A DNA stretch of 32,000 nucleotides from Geotalea uraniireducens Rf4 (GTDB lineage Bacteria > Desulfobacterota > Desulfuromonadia > Geobacterales > Geobacteraceae). Position numbers and translations under genes: made by a program. Location of the stretch: NCBI RefSeq assembly GCF_000016745.1, contig NC_009483.1, positions 3,090,001 through 3,122,000 of the forward strand. Direction: 5' to 3'. Shown here one piece after another: positions 7,801-14,792 of the stretch (positions are counted from its first letter, which is position 1; every line of letters begins with the position of its first letter). The notes below the pieces were generated by a model that saw nothing but the letters and a program-made list of their open reading frames with translations, ran no database searches and was not told the origin of the DNA.

Positions 7801-9063
7801 CTATCTGCGCCGGCCGCCGCCACCGCCGAAGCCTCCCCCGGATCTCGCGCCCCCTCCGAATGAACCTCCACCGGAGCGCGCGCCCGTGCCGGCGGCACTG
7901 GCACGGCTTGCGCTGCCCCGCTCACTCGACATGCGTTCCGCGTTGCCGTTGCCGAACCCGCCGCCGAAGGCACTGTCCCGGCCTCCCCTGGCGGTGCCAC
8001 GGTCGGCACCACCACTTGCGCCAGCTCGTCCCCGGTCTGAAGCGCCGCGATCGGCAGTCCCCCTCCCTCCCCGGTCCTGCCCGCCTTTGTCGCCGCGGCC
8101 ACCCAGGTCGGCACCGCGACCGTCACCAAGGCCGTGGGCGTCGCGCCGCCCCTCGGCCGAACGCGCCGGAGACTGGCCGAATTTCTGGGCCGTCGCCTTG
8201 TCCTTGTAAGCGACTCCCTTGCGGTGGCTCGGGTCGTGCTGCCAGGTGTTTCCTCCACCCCCTTGATGTCGATCAAAGTCCCCTTGGTACTTGCTGCGGT
8301 CGATGTTTCTATTGACGTTGATGTTCTGGTTGTGGTTGATGGTGACATCGCCGCCGTGCCAGTCGCTGTGGCCCCAGGCGTAGCCCCAGGCAACGCCGAC
8401 GGCGACGCCGGCGGCGAAATAGTAAGGCGGATAAGCAGGGGGCGGCGGCGGATAATAGTAGTAGGGGGGATAGGCGGGATAGGCCCATGCGCCGTACACC
8501 ACCGTCGGGCTGTAGGTGGGTACGTAGACGACCTCCGGACTGGCGGGCTGAATGACGATCGTCTCCTTCTCGACCACGACCTTCTGCTCCTTGGTCGTCT
8601 TCAGGTTTCCCGCGTCAGAGGCCTTCTTCCGCAACGCCTGTATTGTGTCCATCACGTCCTTCTGCTGGGCCAGGAACGCATCGCCGAGCTTCGACGTGAC
8701 GTCGAGCTTCTCGCTCATGGCCGAAAGCACCGAAGGGAAGTTCACCAGCGACTTGACGCTCGGGTCCCAGCTCTCCTTCTCCAGGGCCTTGGCCAGGGCG
8801 TCCCCCTTGAGCTCCTTGTGCTGCCGCACCCACCGGTCGGCCTGGACGATCTCCAGGGGATAGGTCGAGGCCATCAGTATCTGTACGACCAGCTCGTCGG
8901 GGTATAGGGCGATCGGCGCCACCAGCTGCGCCAGTTCCTCCTTCTGCAGCTTTTTCTGCTGCGGGTCATCGCCACCGCCCTGTGCCGCGACCTGCAGGGG
9001 CAGAGCCAGAAGGAGGGCGACAAACAGGCTCAACGCACTCATCCAGAACGACTTTGGTTTCAT
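7801..9063 (-). CDS. Secreted DUF3300-like protein with a Pro/Tyr-rich segment and a long Gly/Arg-rich C-terminal tail.
   Basis: It has a signal peptide. The hallmark LAQLVAPIALYPDELVVQILMASTYPLEIVQADRW...WDPSVKSLVNFPSVL is typical of DUF3300. AGGAG SD precedes the start. Confidence 0.85.
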   Translation of the reverse strand: MKPKSFWMSALSLFVALLLALPLQVAAQGGGDDPQQKKLQKEELAQLVAPIALYPDELVVQILMASTYPLEIVQADRWVRQHKELKGDALAKALEKESWDPSVKSLVNFPSVLSAMSEKLDVTSKLGDAFLAQQKDVMDTIQALRKKASDAGNLKTTKEQKVVVEKETIVIQPASPEVVYVPTYSPTVVYGAWAYPAYPPYYYYPPPPPAYPPYYFAAGVAVGVAWGYAWGHSDWHGGDVTINHNQNINVNRNIDRSKYQGDFDRHQGGGGNTWQHDPSHRKGVAYKDKATAQKFGQSPARSAEGRRDAHGLGDGRGADLGGRGDKGGQDRGGRGTADRGASDRGRAGASGGADRGTARGGRDSAFGGGFGNGNAERMSSERGSASRASAAGTGARSGGGSFGGGARSGGGFGGGGGRRR

Positions 9064-9093
9064 ACATGCTCCTGAGCGGTAAAGGTCGAGCCC

Positions 9094-9705
9094 TTATTTT
9101 TCCGGCGCAACCTTTTCGACCGAAATGGCCAGTGCCTGGGTATAGGTAATCTCGATCTGGTCCCCCTCCTTCACCTCGCCCTTCTTGATCTTCGCCAGAT
9201 TTTCCTTGTCGCGCACCTTGACATCGACGGCAGAACCGTCCGGCTTCCGGAGAGTCACCATCTTGCCGTTGTCGAATATCTTCTCGATGGTCGCGGTCGT
9301 CGTCACCTGCCTCCGGGCAAAGCCTGCCGGTTTAACCGACTTCTCGTCTCGCGCAACCGTCTCTTCGACCGTCACGCCCGCGGGAACCCTGGTCTTGTTG
9401 AGCTTCACCGATACCGCCTCGTGATAGCGTGCAGTCACCACGTCTCCGACCTTTACCTGTCCAAGCTTCTTGACCTTCTTGTCGATGACGAACGTGCGCT
9501 CCTTGCCGTCCGGCATGGTGAGGGTGAGCGTGCGCTTGTCCATGTCTACCGCCTTGACAATGGCATGTTCCGCAACCATGGTTTCTGTGACGATCCGCCC
9601 CCTTGTTTTCTGCGGAGCCGGGTCCTGCTGCCCGTCGTCTGCCACGCCGAACACCGGCATGGCAAGGACAGCGGCAGCACAGATGATTACAGCGAATTGT
9701 TTCAT
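9094..9705 (-). CDS. Secreted protein of unknown function built from two tandem copies of an approximately 60-aa module.
   Basis: I chose the start at 9703-9705, preceded by AAGGAGG, which gives MKQFAVIICAAAVLAMPVFG (signal peptide). The two halves align: ..VKAVDMDKRTLTLTMPDGKERTFVIDKKV..VKVGDVVTARYHEAVSVKL against ..IEKIFDNGKMVTLRKPDGSAVDVKVRDKE..VKEGDQIEITYTQALAISV. Confidence 0.75.
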   Translation of the reverse strand: MKQFAVIICAAAVLAMPVFGVADDGQQDPAPQKTRGRIVTETMVAEHAIVKAVDMDKRTLTLTMPDGKERTFVIDKKVKKLGQVKVGDVVTARYHEAVSVKLNKTRVPAGVTVEETVARDEKSVKPAGFARRQVTTTATIEKIFDNGKMVTLRKPDGSAVDVKVRDKENLAKIKKGEVKEGDQIEITYTQALAISVEKVAPEK

Positions 9706-9853
9706 AAACTGCCTCCTTTGAGATAATGCGGCAGGCAAATCCGGGCGGACGTGGTTAATGCCAGTCGATCGCCCGCCCGGAAGGCCAGGCAGCAAAGGCC
9801 ATCAATCGTGGGGCAGCCGTTGCTGTCGACGTATTCCCGTCTCTCCGCGACTA

Positions 9854-10555
9854 CTAGGGCTTCACGCAGGTCGTGTCCCCGCGCACATCGCACAGGGCAT
9901 AATTCAGCCTCTTCGCCCAGTACTGCAGGGCATCATCAGCGTTGTGCCATTTGCTCCAGAGCTTCGAGATTTCCTTGCCGCCAACGCGCCGGTCGAGGGC
10001 CGCGCCGAGCAATTCCCCGGTGTCGGCATCGGTGATCTTCATTTCTATGGTTATTTCCCCCACCCCTGACTGCTTACCGGTGACGGAATACTTTACCAGT
10101 GAGAGTCCGATGCCGATCGGCATGAGGGTTGACAGGGTGTTACGGACCGGCTTCGAGCTGTCAGCGTCGATGATGGCCATCTGGACCCTGAATGTGCCGG
10201 GTCCGGGTGCCTGGACGACCTTGTAATCCTTCTCCAGCTCCCGCGTCAGGTAGACGTAGGCGTTGTTGGCAAGTTTCTGGAAGTTTTCCAGCTCATCCTT
10301 GTCCAGTTCCCCATCCTTTCTGACAAGGACCGGATCGATCATGACCTTGTCGTACTTCTTGACGTCTACCCCCGGCTTCACATAACGATAGAGGGCCTCG
10401 TCACCGGTCCCTTTCACGAGGACATCCGGGTTGACCAGAGGTGATGCATTGAGATCCACACTGCGTGCCTGATAGCTTCCCACCGCGCAGCCGCCGAATT
10501 GCAGCGCAGCCGCCACAACCATTACGAACATGCCTACTGTCCCCATTGTTTTCAT
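9854..10555 (-). CDS. Lipoprotein, DUF3313-like.
   Basis: I chose the start at 10553-10555, preceded by GGGAGGAG, which gives MKTMGTVGMFVMVVAAALQFGGC (lipobox). The longer ORF-track form (to 10792) overlaps the upstream gene and lacks a signal peptide. The family assignment is from memory of the DUF3313 sequence pattern. Confidence 0.75.
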   Translation of the reverse strand: MKTMGTVGMFVMVVAAALQFGGCAVGSYQARSVDLNASPLVNPDVLVKGTGDEALYRYVKPGVDVKKYDKVMIDPVLVRKDGELDKDELENFQKLANNAYVYLTRELEKDYKVVQAPGPGTFRVQMAIIDADSSKPVRNTLSTLMPIGIGLSLVKYSVTGKQSGVGEITIEMKITDADTGELLGAALDRRVGGKEISKLWSKWHNADDALQYWAKRLNYALCDVRGDTTCVKP

Positions 10556-10623
10556 GATGCTCCTCCCTTTCCGAGAAATAGTCTTGCCGATGCGCTGGTA
10601 CACTGACGATACAGTTGTCCGGA

Positions 10624-10980
10624 TCATGTGGTGGACGTGCTTCGCAAGTTTTCGATCAACTCCATTCCTTCCGTCCTTAAGATCATGTGGAAACTGATTT
10701 CGGGATTGCTGGCGGAGAGTTCCATTGCCTCGAGAATCCGGGAATAAAGCGTAGAGCGGATATGGCGATACATTTCCGCCGGTGACTGCCACAGTTCGAC
10801 ATAGGCAATGGTCTGGTCGGCACCATACTCCTCGTAAATCGAACAGGCACGGCAGCCCGGGGCCGCCAGGGTCGGTCCCTTGACGGAAAGCAGAATGTCG
10901 AGGATTTCCTGGCGTTTGCCAGGAGAAGCCCCTATTTTCACCATCGCCAGCATCATGGACATAACTAATCCCAGATTCAT
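10624..10980 (-). CDS. ABM-fold (antibiotic-biosynthesis-monooxygenase-like, YgiN-type) small protein; the exact start is uncertain.
   Basis: The pattern ..MVKIGASPGKRQEILDIL...GCRACSIYEE...IAYVELWQSPAEMYRHIRS is typical of ABM domains. There are several in-frame Met codons within the first 13 codons, and there is no strong SD at 10980. Confidence 0.6.
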   Translation of the reverse strand: MNLGLVMSMMLAMVKIGASPGKRQEILDILLSVKGPTLAAPGCRACSIYEEYGADQTIAYVELWQSPAEMYRHIRSTLYSRILEAMELSASNPEISFHMILRTEGMELIENLRSTSTT

Positions 10981-11045
10981 GCCAATGGCAGGTCGTTCAA
11001 TCTCGCGTGCAAAAAATTGTGTAAATTTGATGAGTTCCCCAGATT

Positions 11046-11092
11046 AGGGCGGAATTGCCAGCGGAGACTGATGTATCGGAAAGGGCGGAATT
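11046..11092. repeat. Two exact copies of AGGGCGGAATT, 36 nt apart start to start.
   Basis: The copies are at 11046-11056 and 11082-11092. They lie between the end of the sigma-54 activator gene and the ABM gene start. Confidence 0.5.
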
Positions 11093-11098
11093 TCGTCT

Positions 11099-13279
11099 TT
11101 AAGGCGATATCCCGTCTTGACCATTTCGAACCGCTATACCTAATTTCTGCATCCGTGAATAGAGGGTGGACGGGTTCATCCCCAGGATCCTGGCAGCACC
11201 GTTCTCCCCCTTGATACGCCAGCCGGTGCGCTGGAGTACCCCCGTAATATGCTGCCGCTCGACCTCGTCCATCAGCAGGGGCCGGGCTATCTCTTCCCCG
11301 CTCCCTTCGGGCAGCCGCACGTGCAGCCCGTTGCCGGTAGAGACAATGACACCGTATTCGATGACATTGCGCAGTTCGCGGACGTTTCCCGGCCAGTGAT
11401 AGTTCTGCAGCGCATTCATATCCGACTTGGCGATCCTGTTGATCTTCTTCCCCATCTTTTCATTGAATTCGTGGACGAAGGCCCAGGCCAGCAGTGGGAT
11501 GTCCTCTGCCCGTTCACGCAGCGGAGGAACGACGATCTGAAAGACATTCAGGCGATAGTAAAGATCCTCCCTGAACGTCCCCTTCTTTACCTCTTCGGCA
11601 AGATTGCGGTTGGTGGCTGCAATCACCCGTACATCCACATGGATGGTTTTCGTGCTCCCCAGCCGCTCGAACTGCCCTTCCTGCAGGACCCGAAGGAGCT
11701 TCGCCTGGAGTTCCGGCGACATTTCGGAAATCTCGTCGAGGAATATGGTCGCTCCGTCGGCCACCTCGAAGCGTCCAGCCTGCCGTGTCAACGCACCTGT
11801 GTACGCCCCCTTCTCGCGGCCGAACAGTTCGCTCTCCACCAGGGCAGCCGGCAGCGACGCGCAGTTCACCTTTACAATGGGTTTGTTCCGGCGCAGACTG
11901 AGTTCCTGGATAGCTCGTGCCACGAGTTCCTTGCCGGTGCCTGTCTCGCCACAGATGAGCACAGTCGAATCGGTTGACGCGACCTGTTCCACCAGCCTCA
12001 GCACTTTGTCAAGAGCGGCGCTCTGGCCGATTATTTGCTCATTGCAATGGGAACATATGATTTCCGTCTGGAGATACTCGGCCTCCAACTGCAATTTTTC
12101 TTTCAGCCGCTGAATCTCGGTGCAGGAGTTACGGAATTCCGCCTCCGACTTACAGCGAAAGAGGGCATTGGCAAAAATCTCGCCCAGCAGGCGCAACCGG
12201 AGCAACAGTCCCTCGTCCAGGCAACGGGTGGCGCGGACGTCGTGGGCCGCAATGATATACGCGACGGAACCTGCCACAAGGATGGGAATGGAAAAATTTG
12301 CCTTGACCTTCATCGCCTGCCAGCTTTGCCGGTCAACTGCTGCATCCTCGGGTACGTCCTCCCTGGAATTGAAGTGGATCATTTCCCCGCGCAGCAGCCT
12401 CTCCTTTGTCCAGGGGAACCGCAGGCTGATATCTATTTTCTCCGGGCTCCGCTCAATTCCCTCCCCATAGCAAGCGTGGGAGACAATCGCCTCGCCCTTG
12501 TCCGGGGACAGCGATATCAGCCCGAAACCATCAAATTGAAACATTTCCCGGACCTGCTCCAGTGCGGCAATGATTTCCCGATCGACCTCATCTGCCGTTA
12601 CGTTGATGAACTTGACTGAAAGATCTGAAACAAATCGCTCGAACTGCAGCCGAACCTCTTCGTTCCGGGTATCGTGGCCCCCCCCCAGGGCGTTCGCACA
12701 AACTTCGCCGAACAGGCGCAATAGTGAAATGCTTTCCTTGCTCCAGATGTGTCTGGCACGGACATGATGGGCGTCAATGAAGAATTCCACCGATCCGCCG
12801 GCATATATCGGGATGGCGAGGTATGATTGTACACCCAGCGCCGCATAGTTTCGGCGGTCGGCTTCTGCCAGTGGCGGCAACTCGGCGAGACTGGAGAAGC
12901 TGACGATGTTTCCGTGCAACAGGTTTTCGCCTGTCCAGGGGAACAGGTCCCTGAGTGTGTATGTTTCCGGCACGGCTGCGATGCCTTCTCCGTGACAGGC
13001 ATGGGAGGCCCGCACCTCGGTTTTGTCCTGGGTCAGCATCATCAGGCCGCACCGGTCGAAACCGCAGGTAGTAAGCATCTGCCTCAACAAGGCCGCAATT
13101 TCCCGGTCGACCAGGTCGGCCGACACAGTGATGATTCTTGACATGGAATCGGAAACCAGCCGCTCCATTTCAAGCAGTTCCTGCATGGTATCCCTGGGTT
13201 TTGCCTTAGGAATCGGCAGAAGAATTTTCTCGGCTGCCGGCTTGCTCCTCGCCTTATTTCGCAGTGCTGATCGCTGCAT
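11099..13279 (-). CDS. Sigma-54-dependent transcriptional activator with two tandem GAF-like sensor modules (GAF-GAF-AAA+-HTH, FhlA-like architecture).
   Basis: Motifs present are Walker A GETGTGKE, the GAFTGA-class loop (EKGAYTGA), ESELFGHEKGAFTGA-like context and a C-terminal Fis-type HTH. The N-terminal region shows an internal duplication (..DLVDREIAALL..CHGEGI.. against ..DEVDREIIAAL..CYGEGI..). AAGGAGA SD precedes the start. Confidence 0.9.
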   Translation of the reverse strand: MQRSALRNKARSKPAAEKILLPIPKAKPRDTMQELLEMERLVSDSMSRIITVSADLVDREIAALLRQMLTTCGFDRCGLMMLTQDKTEVRASHACHGEGIAAVPETYTLRDLFPWTGENLLHGNIVSFSSLAELPPLAEADRRNYAALGVQSYLAIPIYAGGSVEFFIDAHHVRARHIWSKESISLLRLFGEVCANALGGGHDTRNEEVRLQFERFVSDLSVKFINVTADEVDREIIAALEQVREMFQFDGFGLISLSPDKGEAIVSHACYGEGIERSPEKIDISLRFPWTKERLLRGEMIHFNSREDVPEDAAVDRQSWQAMKVKANFSIPILVAGSVAYIIAAHDVRATRCLDEGLLLRLRLLGEIFANALFRCKSEAEFRNSCTEIQRLKEKLQLEAEYLQTEIICSHCNEQIIGQSAALDKVLRLVEQVASTDSTVLICGETGTGKELVARAIQELSLRRNKPIVKVNCASLPAALVESELFGREKGAYTGALTRQAGRFEVADGATIFLDEISEMSPELQAKLLRVLQEGQFERLGSTKTIHVDVRVIAATNRNLAEEVKKGTFREDLYYRLNVFQIVVPPLRERAEDIPLLAWAFVHEFNEKMGKKINRIAKSDMNALQNYHWPGNVRELRNVIEYGVIVSTGNGLHVRLPEGSGEEIARPLLMDEVERQHITGVLQRTGWRIKGENGAARILGMNPSTLYSRMQKLGIAVRNGQDGISP

Positions 13280-13427
13280 GGTATCTCCTTGTCCGGCGGT
13301 AACCTATGTAAACAGAATGATGCCCCCAAAAGGCCTGCATCCTGGCATTCTCCGATGGCGACATATGTGTAGTCGAACCTAATCTTAGCAAACACTAACA
13401 CTTATTCCACCTTTAGCAAGTCGACAA

Positions 13428-13473
13428 TTCAACCCGAAGACGACATCTCATCTCGACACGAGTTTCGTCTTCG
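13428..13473. repeat. Copy B of the recurring intergenic element; a 9-bp-stem hairpin CGAAGACGA-N21-TCGTCTTCG.
   Basis: The sequence is ttcaacccGAAGACGACATCTCATCtcgacacgagtTTCGTCTTCG. It lies about 155-195 nt upstream of the activator start codon. It shares the block TTCAA.C.GAAGACGACAT.TCATC with copy A. Confidence 0.45.
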
Positions 13474-13785
13474 CCACCTCTGGCAGCAATTAATAACCCT
13501 GCTGAATTGCGAGATTTATTCAGCCTCTATCGGCACGGACATGCAACTTGAGACGTTGATGACTACCATAACAGTTGGGCGACGGCATGTCACAATGGGG
13601 GGGAATTTCTGAAATGAGGTTATCTCTTTGTGGTCAGCGCAGAAGGAGCTTCCGGTGGACAACCCGCGAAAGGAAGCGCAACCGCCGGCAAGGTCCCCAG
13701 CCAAATTCTAATCATTGGCTGGGTTCTGGCCGGCAGTAAATAACGCTCTGGTCGTCTACGATGAGGTAAAGGGGAATCGGATCGT

Positions 13786-14337
13786 CTACTTCGGCTTGAT
13801 TCTGGTAACTTTCGTGCCCTGCAAGCTGAGACCAGCCATCAGACCCTTCTGATCGAAGATAAAAGCATAGATGTCGTCCTTGGCGGTCGTTGTCGTGAGC
13901 GTTTTGGCAATGCCCTTGTCAACGACGACAATGCTCGGACCGACCCCGATCTCCCACCCTTTTGATTTATCCAGGTACGCAAGCGCAGCATCGTTCATGA
14001 AAAACAGCGCATAACCGAACGACTGTATGCCCGCCTGCAGGCCGTACGAGGCGGCGACACTCCGATAGTAACCTGTAGTTTTACCATGTACGCGGAGGGC
14101 ACCATCACCAAACTGAGCTCCGAAGATGAATCCGCCCTTGACCATGGACGGAAAAACAAGAATTCCTCTCGCCTTCTCCGCGAGCAACTTTGCCAGGGGG
14201 GTGCTGTCATAAAGCTTCACCAAGGCGGAGTCGACGTCACGGTCGATCTCGGCCTTGCTGGCAGCATACGCCATCAGCGGTGGTACTGCGATTATCAGCA
14301 TGAGGGTGAAGACTATCAAGCGAACTTGTTTTCTCAT
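13786..14337 (-). CDS. Secreted SYLF/Ysc84-like (DUF500) lipid-binding domain protein.
   Basis: I chose the start at 14335-14337, preceded by GGAAGGAGA, which gives MRKQVRLIVFTLMLIIAVPPLMAYA (signal peptide). The core ..GILVFPSMVKGGFIFGAQFGDGAL...SYGLQAGIQSFGYALFFMN...GWEIGVGPSIVV matches the Ysc84/SYLF domain pattern. Confidence 0.8.
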   Translation of the reverse strand: MRKQVRLIVFTLMLIIAVPPLMAYAASKAEIDRDVDSALVKLYDSTPLAKLLAEKARGILVFPSMVKGGFIFGAQFGDGALRVHGKTTGYYRSVAASYGLQAGIQSFGYALFFMNDAALAYLDKSKGWEIGVGPSIVVVDKGIAKTLTTTTAKDDIYAFIFDQKGLMAGLSLQGTKVTRIKPK

Positions 14338-14519
14338 TGTCAGTTTTCTCCTTCCGCGCATCGAACCTGGGCAACCTGCAGAAATGCACACTGAAGCCGA
14401 ATACGATAATACCTCATGCTGCCACGTTACGAGAACTATGCCAACAGATTAACGGGGGGAGATAACTGCATAAGTGTCGGAAAAAAGGCGAGAAAAGGAC
14501 CAAGGGGGTAATAGTGGGA

Positions 14520-14560
14520 CCGACGACGGGACGAAATATCATCTTCAGGATGAAATCCCG
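14520..14560. repeat. Possible diverged copy C of the recurring element (cCGACGACgggacgaaATATCATCttcaggatgaaatccc).
   Basis: It shares GACGAC...ATATCATC with copies A and B and carries its own dyad TCATC-N5-GATGA. It lies about 185-225 nt upstream of the SYLF gene start. The similarity is short and gapped. Confidence 0.25.
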
Positions 14561-14611
14561 ACTTACAGGAGTAAATCGTTCGGCGGCAGAGGGGTTACTA
14601 AAATGATTACT

Positions 14612-14646
14612 AAAAAAATGGGCTCAACGATAAATCGCTAAGCCCA
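14612..14646 (-). terminator. Rho-independent terminator downstream of the tRNA.
   Basis: The minus-sense sequence is GGGCTTAGCGAT-TT-ATCGTTGAGCCC followed by ATTTTTTT. Confidence 0.6.
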
Positions 14647-14663
14647 TAATTTTGCTATCATTT

Positions 14664-14738
14664 TGGTAGGCGCGGGCGGTTTCGAACCGCCGACCCCTAG
14701 CGTGTCGAGCTAGTGCTCTACCCCTGAGCTACGCGCCT
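14664..14738 (-). tRNA. tRNA of 75 nt with encoded CCA. The anticodon reads GAC (Val) if the loop is conventional.
   Basis: Manual cloverleaf: AGGCGCG-TA-GCTC-AGGGGTA-GAGC-A-CTAGC-TCGACAC-GCTAG-GGGTC-GGCGG-TTCGAAA-CCGCC-CGCGCCT-A-CCA. All stems are Watson-Crick. Position 33 is C rather than U. Confidence 0.8.
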
Positions 14739-14754
14739 GCTTAAAAACAGAGTA

Positions 14755-14783
14755 GTTTTAACAATTCAGGCTGACATTGTCAA
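14755..14783 (-). promoter_or_regulatory. Sigma-70-type promoter for the tRNA.
   Basis: The minus-sense sequence is TTGACA-N17-TAAAAC, ending about 17 nt before the tRNA 5' end. Confidence 0.5.
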
Positions 14784-14792
14784 GGATTTTTC

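Noticed and set aside
7514-8907. Stack of overlapping ORFs in several frames (7514-8209, 7707-8315, 7764-8393, 8134-8907).
   Set aside because: They are artefacts of the Gly/Arg/Pro-rich repetitive coding sequence of the DUF3300-like gene. Only the 7801-9063 frame has a signal peptide and the conserved domain.
13531-13546. Sigma-54-like sequence cGGCACGgacaTGCAa on the plus strand.
   Set aside because: The GG-to-GC spacing is one nucleotide short of the canonical spacing. It also points toward the 3' end of a convergent gene, with no plus-strand gene to drive.
13600-13700. Faint resemblance to a GEMM-I (c-di-GMP/cGAMP) riboswitch (GCGCAGAAGG...GCGCAACCGCCGG) on the plus strand.
   Set aside because: Only short fragments resemble the consensus and the paired-hairpin architecture is not reproduced. 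The orientation also has no downstream gene. An Infernal scan would be needed to revive this.
13786-14738. Integrative genomic island attached to the tRNA.
   Set aside because: There is no integrase, excisionase or repeat of the tRNA 3' end anywhere in the window. Only a rough compositional difference supports it, and that is reported as a low-interest finding.
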